From Sphingobacteriaceae bacterium (GTDB lineage: Bacteria > Bacteroidota > Bacteroidia > Sphingobacteriales > Sphingobacteriaceae), in NCBI GenBank assembly GCA_036405495.1, contig DASWXL010000034.1:1-50861 (forward strand): a stretch of DNA of 50,861 bases. Direction: 5' to 3'. Of the stretch, positions 19,111 to 27,782 are shown one piece after another. Made by a program: the position numbers and the translations under genes. The notes beneath the pieces were generated by a model. The model worked only from the letters and a program-made list of their open reading frames with translations. It ran no database searches and had not been told where the DNA came from. Position 1 is the stretch's first letter. Each line of letters starts with the position of its first letter.

Positions 19111-20946
19111 TTACTTCTTTATGAGATGAAATGCTGCAACCATGGCATGTCCCTTGTCCCCTCTGAAGTTCAGGTTCAAAGTGCCATCTGTAACAGATAC
19201 GGTTCTTGTAAGGAAATAGGCCTTGCTTTTGCCCGCAACTTTATATATGTCGAGATTAGCAATTATCTCCTTGCTTTCGGCAAGAACATCGAACTGTCGC
19301 AGCCCGGCTGAGGAATTATAATTTTCAACGAAGCTAAAGACAACGTCGTAGGTCCCGTTTGCTACAGGAACATTATAGCTGAAAGTGTCGCCATAGTGGC
19401 CTACCTGAAACATTGCATCATCTGTGGTATTGGCAACTGCAGTAGTGACTTTATGTGAAAAGCCCCCCGAAAAATATTTGTCTGCCTGGTACGTAATACC
19501 GTTCGAAGCCTTGAACTCGGATCCTCCGCCATTTACTGAAAAAGTTACCGAAGGGCTTGGAGCCGGTGCCGGTGCCGGTTCCGGGGAAACTGTCGACGAT
19601 GACTTAACAACGTGGAAAGCGGCAACCATTGCATCGCCTCGATCGCTCCGGAAGTTCAGATTTAATTTTCCGTCTGTAACCGAAATCGTCCTGGTAAGAA
19701 AGTAAGCTTTACTCTTACCGGCAACAGTGAATATGTCAAGATTGGAGATTATTTCTTTTCCTTCTCCTAAAACATCAAACTGGCGCAAACCAGCAGAAGA
19801 ATTGTAATTTTCAACAAATCCAAAGACCACATCGTAGGTACCGTTTGCCACAGGAACGTTATAACTGAAGTTGGTACCATAATGCCCTTTCTGAAACATG
19901 AGGTCGTCAGTAGTATTGGCGACCGCCCCGGTAACGCTATGCGAGAAACCACCGGAAAAATATCTATCCGCCTGATAGGTTATCCCGTTCGATGCCTTGA
20001 ATTCAGCACCTCCGCCGTTTACTGCAAACACTGGAGTTGTAGAGGGCGCGGGTGCCGGGGTAGGTTCTGGTGCAGGGACTGGAGCTGGCGCAGGTGAAGT
20101 TGCTTGTCCACCGGGTGCAACATCTGCATATGATGAGGTTCCGTCACCTATTTTAACGTCATCGTAATATAAAGTACGGGTAGTTGTGGTCGATGCATAC
20201 CCGTCAGTCCAGGCATATTTGTAAACACCGATCTTGAAATAGTTACCTTTCAAGTCACGATAGTTATTACGCCCGGTGGTCTTTACAACCAGCTTACCGT
20301 CTTTCCATAGTTCAAAAATGCCGTCAGATTCGTGAGAAAATTTAACGTGTACAACCCAATCGGTCCATTTGCCCTTTTCATAAGGTCCAAGGTCAAAAGT
20401 ACCACCGTATTTCATGAAAAACTCCCACCGGCCATTTTTTGTATACATCGCCATTGGAGAGTTAACCATAGAAACACCGTCAAGGTCCTTGGTACCCATA
20501 GCATGCCATTGGAATAGCTGCTCTTCGGCCGGATCGTTAACATATGATGATGGAACAAAAATGCTCATTCCATACCAGCGCTCGAACTTAGGCTGTTCAA
20601 CCCAGTCAAGAAGCATCTCCGAACGCTTACTACCGCCGACGATCGCATCGGTTTTATTAAGAACAAATTTTGCAGAATAGCTGCCGGTTTTTGCCTGTTC
20701 TGCAGAACGGGTTATTGAATTGGCTGTGGCCCCCTCAAGATATTCATCGCTAACTGAAGTCGCACCTTCAAATGAGCTATTGAAAATAAAAGAGCTTCCA
20801 GCGCTTGTAGTAGCCATCGTCTGATGACCAATCTCAGCTGCAGGCCTAGCTTCAGACTCATTCTTGTCACAACTCGAAGCCAGGACGGTAAATCCGAGCA
20901 GGACGGCACTTAAGCCTTTTGTGGTAAATGATTGTATGTTTTTCAT
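19111..20946 (-). CDS. Secreted lipoprotein: lyase-type concanavalin-like domain + two malectin-like carbohydrate-binding modules
   Basis: Signal/lipobox LASSC. The N-terminal domain is a paralog of the 18184..19056 product. Two ~145-aa repeats (NGITYQAD.YFSGG...FSYNVPVANGTYDVVF.FVENYNSSAGLRQFDVL) resemble the malectin/CBM57 signature. They are joined by Pro/Ala-rich linkers. Confidence 0.7.
   Translation of the reverse strand: MKNIQSFTTKGLSAVLLGFTVLASSCDKNESEARPAAEIGHQTMATTSAGSSFIFNSSFEGATSVSDEYLEGATANSITRSAEQAKTGSYSAKFVLNKTDAIVGGSKRSEMLLDWVEQPKFERWYGMSIFVPSSYVNDPAEEQLFQWHAMGTKDLDGVSMVNSPMAMYTKNGRWEFFMKYGGTFDLGPYEKGKWTDWVVHVKFSHESDGIFELWKDGKLVVKTTGRNNYRDLKGNYFKIGVYKYAWTDGYASTTTTRTLYYDDVKIGDGTSSYADVAPGGQATSPAPAPVPAPEPTPAPAPSTTPVFAVNGGGAEFKASNGITYQADRYFSGGFSHSVTGAVANTTDDLMFQKGHYGTNFSYNVPVANGTYDVVFGFVENYNSSAGLRQFDVLGEGKEIISNLDIFTVAGKSKAYFLTRTISVTDGKLNLNFRSDRGDAMVAAFHVVKSSSTVSPEPAPAPAPSPSVTFSVNGGGSEFKASNGITYQADKYFSGGFSHKVTTAVANTTDDAMFQVGHYGDTFSYNVPVANGTYDVVFSFVENYNSSAGLRQFDVLAESKEIIANLDIYKVAGKSKAYFLTRTVSVTDGTLNLNFRGDKGHAMVAAFHLIKK
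19114..20037 (-). repeat. Tandem in-gene duplication (period 486 nt) encoding two malectin-like modules
   Basis: Residues ~304-448 and ~466-611 are highly similar at both protein and DNA level (for example gttcgaagccttgaactcgg vs gttcgatgccttgaattcag). PAPAP-encoding linkers lie at about 19552-19602 and 20038-20115. Confidence 0.85.
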
Positions 20947-21188
20947 GCCTGTTACTTACGGGCACGTAGTTGAGAATGTTACAAACAATTTACTTTGGGA
21001 ATTGTATATGACAGAATTACAATCGCAATTCATATCAATCCTGAACGGGAATCACCGGAAAAGGTTACATTATTTTGGTAACCTCACGCGCGAAACCATC
21101 TCTCAATTTTTTCTGCATCAACACCGAAGGCTTGGTCTGGTGATCGTCTGACAGCTGGATCCGGAAAACATTTTAAGTTCACTATATT

Positions 21189-22580
21189 ATGCAAAACCGT
21201 TTTTTGTACGCCCTCTGCATTGTACTGTCATTATCGGATTTGTTAATTATCAACGGCTCTTTTTTCCTGGCTTCTGAATTCTCGGATGCACTCGATAAGG
21301 GTTTCGCTTATGAATACTATCAGAATGATCTGCTCAATGCCAATCTGATCTGGCTCATAGCATCCTCTCTGTTCCAGATCTACAACAAAAGGAACATTAG
21401 GCACATTGAACAGATATACCGGCGTACCTGGAAATCGGTGGTTTCGCATCTTATCTTATTTATCTTTCTCTCCTCGATCTACCGAAAAAGCGACTTGTCA
21501 CTGACCTTTCTCAGTCTCTTTTATGCCTTATGCGCTCTGAATTTTGTTGTAAGCCGCTTTACCTGTACAGCAATAGAAATCATCTTCATCAAACGATACA
21601 AAACAAGAAAGCCTGTTGCCGTTATGGGGTTAAACCAGATGGGTTTACGTCTGGCCGCCTTCTTTGAAGGTAATAAAAAACAGTATTCGTTTAAGGGATT
21701 TTTAGATTCCGACAATTCTTTATTCGTCGATAAATCAGGAAATCTTCTGCCTGCTGCGTCCGAACAATTGAGGATAGCCGCAGAAAAAAACATCAGGGAG
21801 GTTTATGTATCATTAACCGCCGAACGAATAAGCGAAGCAGGCTTTTTGCTGCAGGAGGCTGAACGCCAATGTATAAATCTAAAGTTTGTTCCCGATTTCA
21901 GCAAATCGCTTTCAACGCCGTTCCGTATAAACTATCTGGGAGAGTTTCCTATAATTACCCTCAGAAACGAACCTCTTGAAGACATCGATAACCGATTCAA
22001 AAAGCGGTTGTTTGACATACTCTTCAGTTTCTTTATTATTATCTTCATTCTAAGCTGGCTCTTCCCGCTGATCGCGATCATGATCAAGCTGCAAAGCAAG
22101 GGCCCGGTCCTGTTCAAACAACTGCGAAGCGGCCGGGATAATCAGGTGTTCTATTGTTACAAATTCAGGAGCATGACAGTAAATAAAGAAAGTGATCTGA
22201 AACAGGCTACCAGGTGTGATGACCGGGTGACACGAATAGGTCGGTTTCTGAGAAGAACAAGCCTGGATGAACTTCCTCAGTTCTTTAATGTCCTATTTGG
22301 TGACATGAGCGTTATTGGCCCCCGCCCTCATATGCTGAAGCATACTGAAGAATACCGGGCGCTGATCGACAAGTACATGGTTCGTCATCATTTGAAGCCT
22401 GGCATAACCGGATGGGCACAGGTAAACGGCTACCGCGGCGAAACAAACACAAAAGCGTTAATGGAAAAAAGAGTGGAACACGACATCTGGTATATCGAAA
22501 ACTGGACCATGATGCTTGACATAAAAATCATCTTTTTAACAATATTCAATCTGCTGCATGGAAGCGACAACGCATACTGA
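21189..22580 (+). CDS. Undecaprenyl-phosphate hexose-1-phosphate transferase (WbaP/EpsE-type initiating phosphoglycosyltransferase)
   Basis: N-terminal TM bundle and a C-terminal Bac_transf domain with KRLFDILFS, KLQSKGPVLFKQLRSG, DELPQFFNVLFGDMSVIGPRPH and GITGWAQVNG. Confidence 0.9.
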   Translation: MQNRFLYALCIVLSLSDLLIINGSFFLASEFSDALDKGFAYEYYQNDLLNANLIWLIASSLFQIYNKRNIRHIEQIYRRTWKSVVSHLILFIFLSSIYRKSDLSLTFLSLFYALCALNFVVSRFTCTAIEIIFIKRYKTRKPVAVMGLNQMGLRLAAFFEGNKKQYSFKGFLDSDNSLFVDKSGNLLPAASEQLRIAAEKNIREVYVSLTAERISEAGFLLQEAERQCINLKFVPDFSKSLSTPFRINYLGEFPIITLRNEPLEDIDNRFKKRLFDILFSFFIIIFILSWLFPLIAIMIKLQSKGPVLFKQLRSGRDNQVFYCYKFRSMTVNKESDLKQATRCDDRVTRIGRFLRRTSLDELPQFFNVLFGDMSVIGPRPHMLKHTEEYRALIDKYMVRHHLKPGITGWAQVNGYRGETNTKALMEKRVEHDIWYIENWTMMLDIKIIFLTIFNLLHGSDNAY

Positions 22581-22864
22581 CGTTCAAAAACAATCATCAT
22601 TGTCGTCAGCATCAAAAGCTCCGACCAGAGAGTATCCCATAATGGCCAGAACAAAAATTAATAGAACAAAAAGGATTACCATTGTAAAAGCAGTGTGTTT
22701 ATTTTGTGCGTTCTTAGATGTGATCCAATATCTGTGCCATCTTGCTGATCGCTCGATTCCCTCTCCAAATCGACCCACAAACCTCCCCTCCTGACTCCCA
22801 CCTCCTCCCTGGAAACATCCAGCCAAAAGTCCCTTCTCTTCAAGATAATTCCTTCAATCGCCAT

Positions 22865-23638
22865 TCAGAGACGACTGGTTATCGCATACACCTTCGTCTC
22901 CTCAAACCGAGAAGCCACGATGATCTCCGTATCCTGAGCATGGGCAGCGAATAGCTCATGCACAAGTTTCGGGCAGTTATTGTCCTTTGACAGGTGCGAC
23001 AAAAACAAGTGGCTCATAAAGGGCGGTTTGTACGTAATGAAGACTTCGAGTGCCTGTTTATTTGACAAATGGCCTTTCCCGCCGCGAATTCTTTTCTTCA
23101 GAAAGTAGGGATACCTGCCCCGGTCCAGCATGTCATCATCATAATTTGCTTCCAGAAATGCAGCGTGACACTGCCCGAAATGATGAATCAGCTGATCGCA
23201 CGGAGCACCGATGTCCGTAAATACTCCTACCGTGACGCCGTTGTACGTGACCACGAAACTGTGAGGCTCGGATGCATCATGCAGCTTGGGGAACGCTTTT
23301 ACGCAAAGCCTGCCGATCTCTACCCCTTCAAAAGCCGCAAATGTATTCACCAGATCGCCGGCTAGATTTAACCCTCCGTTTCGAAGGGTATTGGGCGTAA
23401 TGTATACCGGAAGCCTGTACTTTTTTACCAGTCCGGCTATGCCGCGTATATGGTCGGAATGCTCATGTGAAACAAAGATAGCCTTTATCCGGTCCATCGA
23501 TAATCCAAGTCGCTTCAACCGCTTTTCGGTTTCGCGACAGGAAATACCTGCATCAACAAGTATCGCCTCGTTTTCGTTACCTACATAATAACAATTACCG
23601 TTGCTTCCGGAATTCAGGGAGGTGATGAACAGGGACAT
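22865..23638 (-). CDS. MBL-fold metallo-hydrolase
   Basis: HxHxDH motif (SHEHSDHIRG) plus downstream Asp/His ligand blocks (HDASEPH, GHLSN). Confidence 0.8.
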   Translation of the reverse strand: MSLFITSLNSGSNGNCYYVGNENEAILVDAGISCRETEKRLKRLGLSMDRIKAIFVSHEHSDHIRGIAGLVKKYRLPVYITPNTLRNGGLNLAGDLVNTFAAFEGVEIGRLCVKAFPKLHDASEPHSFVVTYNGVTVGVFTDIGAPCDQLIHHFGQCHAAFLEANYDDDMLDRGRYPYFLKKRIRGGKGHLSNKQALEVFITYKPPFMSHLFLSHLSKDNNCPKLVHELFAAHAQDTEIIVASRFEETKVYAITSRL

Positions 23639-23646
23639 TGGAACGG

Positions 23647-23654
23647 CAAAAGTA
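23647..23654 (-). promoter_or_regulatory. Candidate Bacteroidota -7 box (TACTTTTG on the minus strand) for the MBL hydrolase gene
   Basis: Exact TAnnTTTG match on the minus strand, ending 8 nt upstream of the ATG at 23638. This would imply a very short leader. Confidence 0.3.
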
Positions 23655-23683
23655 GAAAGTAAATACGATTTTTTTCATTTTTT

Positions 23684-23691
23684 TATATTTG
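23684..23691 (+). promoter_or_regulatory. Candidate Bacteroidota -7 box (TATATTTG) for the CPA2 antiporter gene
   Basis: Exact TAnnTTTG match preceded by a T-rich tract, 119 nt upstream of the ATG at 23810. Confidence 0.4.
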
Positions 23692-23809
23692 CAGGAATAG
23701 ACGAACCATTAAGGTTTGTATTCGGTGTCCGTTGGGTCTGCCGTTCTCTGTAACTGCTCATTATGAATAGAAAAACCGTAGTACTTAACTCATTTCCTGC
23801 CCAGACCAT

Positions 23810-26038
23810 ATGATCCACTTAGCACCACTGATTCTTGATCTGGGACTGATTTTGTCTGCGGCAGCAATTACTACTCTGCTTTTTAAGTGGATCAAACAGC
23901 CACTCGTTCTCGGCTATATACTTGCCGGTCTTTTGGTCGGCCCGCATATAGCGTATCTTCCGACCGTTGCTGACGAAAAATCGATCACTATCTGGGCCGA
24001 GATCGGCGTGATCTTTTTGTTGTTCAGTCTTGGACTTGAATTCAGCTTCAAAAAGCTGATCAAAGTAGGAGGCTCCGCCTCTATTACGGCCGTGGTAGAA
24101 GTTGTCTTCATGTTGTCGTTCGGCTTCTTAGCCGGAAAACTGATGGGATGGAACACCATGGACAGTATCTTCCTTGGGGGAATTCTCTCCGTCTCTTCTA
24201 CAACGATCATTATCAGGGCTTTTGAAGAACTGGGAGTAAAACATAAAAAATTTGCAGGACTGGTTTTCGGTGTACTGATCGTCGAAGACCTGGTGGCGAT
24301 CTTATTGCTTGTACTTCTGTCCACCCTGGCTGCCAGCCAGCAGTTTGCCGGCGCCGAAATGTTCAGTTCAGTACTCAAACTGTCATTCTTTCTGGTTATC
24401 TGGTTCATAGCTGGTATTTTTCTGCTCCCAACATTCCTGAAACGCACGCGCCATCTCATGAATGATGAAACCATGCTCATTGTGTCGCTCGCGTTGTGCC
24501 TTCTTATGGTTATCCTGGCCACTTATGTTGGGTTTTCGCCTGCTCTGGGTGCATTTATAATGGGTTCAGTTCTGGCTGAAACACCCCAGGCCGAACGGGT
24601 AGAGCATCTTACCAAATCGGTTAAAGACCTTTTTGCCGCCATTTTCTTTGTATCGGTAGGTATGATGATCGACCCTGAGATGCTGATCGAGCATTACCAG
24701 GCCGTTATCGTCATTACCATCGTAACGATCATCGGAAAGTTTATCAGCTCCGGAGGTGGCGCAATCCTTTCCGGACAAACATTGAAAACTTCCGTTCAAA
24801 CCGGAATGAGCCTGGCGCAAATAGGTGAATTCTCCTTCATTATCGCCACTCTTGGCTTAACGTTAAAGGTGACCAGCGGCTTTCTCTATCCTATCGCTGT
24901 AGCGGTATCCGCAGTAACAACATTCACCACCCCCTACCTGATCCGTGCTTCGCTACCGGTTTCCCAGTGGATCGAAAAGAGCCTCCCGGAAAAATGGGTT
25001 TTAAAACTCAGCACTTACAGCTCCGGAACTGCAAAGATCACCACCACCACCGATTGGAAGGTCCTCCTTCGGGCATACATCACAAATATCATTGTACAGT
25101 CCGTTATCCTGATATCGATCATTATTCTTTCTTCGCGTTTTCTGCATCCGCTTGTTATTTCGTACACAGGCGATAATATCCGTGGTAACTCCGTTACCGT
25201 TGCGGTCTCTTTTATTCTTATGGCACCCTTTTTATGGGCGCTGGCAGTAAAACGTATTGAAAAAACGGCCTATTCGCATCTTTGGTTGAACCGCAAGCTG
25301 CAACGCGGCCCCCTGATCGCCATTGAAGTTTTCCGCATCCTGCTGGCCGTGATCTTCTTCTCGTTTGCACTGTATATATTTCTTGATACGCTGCTGGCGG
25401 TGATCGTTGGCATTTGTCTGTTCGCCGCAGTTATGTTTCTGTTCTCCACCCGGCTGCAGGCTTTCTATAGCAGACTGGAAAAGCGCTTTCTGTTAAACCT
25501 TAATGCCCGCAATGAGGGTACATTTTCAAATCTGATCCCATGGGAAACGCACCTTGCGGAATTGGAGGTTGCGCCCGAATCAGGGTTTATCGGTAAAACT
25601 CTTGAAGAACTTGCATTGCGAGAAAAATATGGTATCAACATTGCTTTAATAGAGCGCGGCAAGCTGGTGATCGCCACTCCCGGTCGTGAAGAAAGACTCT
25701 ACCCAAATGATAAGTTAACCATCATAGGAACAGATGATCAACTTGCATTGGTAAAAGAACAGCTTGAGATATCAAGCCTCTTTACAGAGGACGCGGATTC
25801 AACACAGAAAGACCTGGAGTTACAGAAGCTGATCATCACCCACGATTCGCCGGTTTGCTACAAGACGATAAGAGAATCGGGTATACGCGAGCAGTCGCAG
25901 GGATTGGTCGTCGGAATTGAAAGGGATAACGATAGAATTCTGAATCCCGACTCCGGGTTCGTATTTAAACCGGGCGACACACTCTATATTGTCGGAAATA
26001 AGAAGCGGGTGCGACGGCTCCTGGCAGGTACTGCATAG
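23810..26038 (+). CDS. Monovalent cation:proton antiporter (CPA2/Kef-type) with two C-terminal RCK_C (TrkA-C) domains
   Basis: About 12 TM segments with a Na_H_exchanger-like N-terminus (ILAGLLVGPHI). There are two TrkA-C-like blocks (GKTLEELALREKYGINIALIERG...LYPNDKLTIIG and YKTIRESGIREQSQGLVVGIERD...FKPGDTLYIVG). Confidence 0.85.
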   Translation: MIHLAPLILDLGLILSAAAITTLLFKWIKQPLVLGYILAGLLVGPHIAYLPTVADEKSITIWAEIGVIFLLFSLGLEFSFKKLIKVGGSASITAVVEVVFMLSFGFLAGKLMGWNTMDSIFLGGILSVSSTTIIIRAFEELGVKHKKFAGLVFGVLIVEDLVAILLLVLLSTLAASQQFAGAEMFSSVLKLSFFLVIWFIAGIFLLPTFLKRTRHLMNDETMLIVSLALCLLMVILATYVGFSPALGAFIMGSVLAETPQAERVEHLTKSVKDLFAAIFFVSVGMMIDPEMLIEHYQAVIVITIVTIIGKFISSGGGAILSGQTLKTSVQTGMSLAQIGEFSFIIATLGLTLKVTSGFLYPIAVAVSAVTTFTTPYLIRASLPVSQWIEKSLPEKWVLKLSTYSSGTAKITTTTDWKVLLRAYITNIIVQSVILISIIILSSRFLHPLVISYTGDNIRGNSVTVAVSFILMAPFLWALAVKRIEKTAYSHLWLNRKLQRGPLIAIEVFRILLAVIFFSFALYIFLDTLLAVIVGICLFAAVMFLFSTRLQAFYSRLEKRFLLNLNARNEGTFSNLIPWETHLAELEVAPESGFIGKTLEELALREKYGINIALIERGKLVIATPGREERLYPNDKLTIIGTDDQLALVKEQLEISSLFTEDADSTQKDLELQKLIITHDSPVCYKTIRESGIREQSQGLVVGIERDNDRILNPDSGFVFKPGDTLYIVGNKKRVRRLLAGTA

Positions 26039-26110
26039 AGATGCCTTCGGTATGCAGGCCCCTGATTTTAGTGCACGCACTCCGGGGGACTGTATTTATC
26101 CTATTTTTTA

Positions 26111-26118
26111 TACCTTTG
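26111..26118 (+). promoter_or_regulatory. Candidate -7 box (TACCTTTG) for the mlaEFD operon
   Basis: Exact TAnnTTTG match preceded by a T-run, ~110 nt upstream of the preferred ATG at 26227. Confidence 0.4.
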
Positions 26119-26226
26119 CGGTCTTTTAACAGACACAGGATTTGTCCATTCGTCTATAGCTCTTATAATGAAGATACCATACGCAGAAGTACTTCTTTAT
26201 CCTCAAACCATAAAAATCTGTTGCTT

Positions 26227-27009
26227 ATGAACGGGAAAAAGAGGTTAAGTATCGGAAGCCTGATCGAAAGGTTCTTTTTTAAAGTATATGAGGTTGCCTA
26301 CTTCATTACAAGATATTTTAAAGAGTTTTTTAATCCTCCGTTTGAAACGCAGGAGTTTTTGAAACAGTGCTACAATATCGGATACCGGTCGCTTTCACTC
26401 ATCACAGTTACCGCATTTATCACCGGTTTCGTTTTTACCAAACAATCCAGACCATCGCTTGCTGAATTTGGCGCCACGTCCTGGATCCCTTCATTGGTGG
26501 GTATCGCGATCGTTCGTGCTCTGGCCCCCCTCGTCACAGCCCTGATCTGTGCCGGTAAGGTAGGTTCGAGCATCGGAGCCGAGATCGGTTCAATGAAAGT
26601 GACCGAGCAGATCGATGCCATGGAGGTTTCGGCCACAAACCCGTTCAAATACCTGGTATTTACACGTGTAACAGCCAGTGCGCTGATGCTTCCGGTGCTG
26701 ACGATGTATACCGGCTTTATCGCCTTGCTGGGGGCGTATATCAATGTTTCCCAGAATGAACTGACCAGCTTTCAGACGTTCTTCCTGAACGCATTTGATA
26801 AGATCTCATTTCTTGACCTCTTCTCTTCGATTATCCGTTCACTCGCTTTTGGCTTTACTATTGGTATTGTTGGCTGTTTTAAAGGCTATAACGCAGATCA
26901 GGGCACGCAGGGAGTCGGCAAGGCAGCGAACTCAGCGGTGGTCGCCTCTATGTTCCTGATCTTTATCGAGGAGATCATTATTGTACAGATCGTTAACTCA
27001 TTACGGTAA
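26227..27009 (+). CDS. mlaE: MlaE-family ABC transporter permease
   Basis: 260 aa from the internal ATG at 26227. Family blocks include QCYNIGYRSLSLI, VRALAPLVTALICAGKVGSSIGAEIGSMKVTEQIDAMEV and GTQGVGKAANSAVV. Confidence 0.85.
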   Translation: MNGKKRLSIGSLIERFFFKVYEVAYFITRYFKEFFNPPFETQEFLKQCYNIGYRSLSLITVTAFITGFVFTKQSRPSLAEFGATSWIPSLVGIAIVRALAPLVTALICAGKVGSSIGAEIGSMKVTEQIDAMEVSATNPFKYLVFTRVTASALMLPVLTMYTGFIALLGAYINVSQNELTSFQTFFLNAFDKISFLDLFSSIIRSLAFGFTIGIVGCFKGYNADQGTQGVGKAANSAVVASMFLIFIEEIIIVQIVNSLR

Positions 27010-27011
27010 TA

Positions 27012-27779
27012 ATGGAAACGACACAGCAGACATTCACCGATCGCGTGATCAAGATACGCAACCTTTATAAGTCGTTTGGCGAGAACCATGTTCTCCGCGG
27101 AATTAACCTTGACCTGTACCGCGGCGAAAATCTGGTGGTGTTGGGAAGGTCCGGAACCGGAAAATCGGTACTAATAAAGATCATCGCAGGTCTACTGAAG
27201 CAGGATTCAGGAACGGTAGAAGTTCTCGGTCAGGAGGTGAATACCCTGAAGAACAAAGATCTGCAGGCTTTACGACTTAAGTTAGGCTTCTCCTTTCAAA
27301 ACAGTGCGCTGTACGATAGTATGACGGTGAAAGAAAACCTTGAATTCCCTCTCATCAGACACTCTCACCATATGACCAGGAAAGATATGGCAAAGGCTGT
27401 TGAGCAGGTATTGGAAGCGGTTGGACTGTCACAGGCAATCAATCAGCTCCCGGCCGAGTTATCCGGCGGGCAGAAGAAAAGAATTGGTATTGCACGTACC
27501 CTTATCCTTCGACCCGAGATCATGCTCTACGATGAGCCTACCGCCGGACTTGACCCGATCACCAGCATCGAGATCAACAACCTGATCAGGGAAGTACGAA
27601 CCCGGTTTAACACCAGTTCGATCACCATTACACACGACCTGACCTGTGCAAAGACCACCGGCGACCGCATTGCGATGCTCCTGGATGGCGAATTTGCAAA
27701 AGAAGGCACCTTTGATGAGGTCTTCGATACCGATAACGAACGAATTAAAAGTTTTTTTGATTACAATTTTATACAATAA
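27012..27779 (+). CDS. mlaF: MlaF-type ABC transporter ATP-binding protein
   Basis: Walker A GRSGTGKS, signature LSGGQKKRIGIAR, Walker B IMLYDEP and the H-loop ITHD. Confidence 0.9.
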   Translation: METTQQTFTDRVIKIRNLYKSFGENHVLRGINLDLYRGENLVVLGRSGTGKSVLIKIIAGLLKQDSGTVEVLGQEVNTLKNKDLQALRLKLGFSFQNSALYDSMTVKENLEFPLIRHSHHMTRKDMAKAVEQVLEAVGLSQAINQLPAELSGGQKKRIGIARTLILRPEIMLYDEPTAGLDPITSIEINNLIREVRTRFNTSSITITHDLTCAKTTGDRIAMLLDGEFAKEGTFDEVFDTDNERIKSFFDYNFIQ

Positions 27780-27782
27780 CAG

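Noticed and set aside
19559-19585. (GCCGGT)n hexanucleotide tract as a phase-variation microsatellite
   Set aside because: There are only three imperfect copies, they are in-frame (slippage would not switch the gene off), and they simply encode the Pro/Ala linker.
20864-21151. 95-aa plus-strand ORF spanning the lyase gene start and the divergent spacer
   Set aside because: It overlaps the 5' end of a well-supported gene on the other strand, has no motifs, and lies in an AT-rich promoter-like region.
22584-22826. 80-aa Gly-rich ORF (MAGCFQGGGGSQEGRFVGRFGEG...) in the convergent spacer
   Set aside because: The Gly/Arg-rich N-terminal part is simply the translation of the G-tract region. Only the short hydrophobic C-terminal part is conceivably coding, and it is reported separately at low interest.
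23914-24522. 202-aa minus-strand ORF inside the CPA2 antiporter gene. Similar long antisense ORFs lie at 45305-46111 (268 aa), 27459-28067, 27761-28138, 4802-5326, 6399-6890, 26370-26744, 40964-41422 and 42349-42786.
   Set aside because: All lie entirely within, and antisense to, genes with strong family motifs. Their translations are low-complexity (Ser/Arg/Ile-rich) and carry no motifs. This is typical of shadow ORFs.
26029-26055. CTGCATA...TATGCAG inverted repeat after the antiporter stop, as a terminator
   Set aside because: The stem is only 7 bp with a 13-nt loop and no following T-run.
26041-26226. N-terminal 62-aa extension of the MlaE ORF offered by the ORF track
   Set aside because: The extension is Cys/Arg/Phe-rich with no similarity to MlaE and contains the candidate promoter box. 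The internal ATG at 26227 gives the canonical ~260-aa permease.
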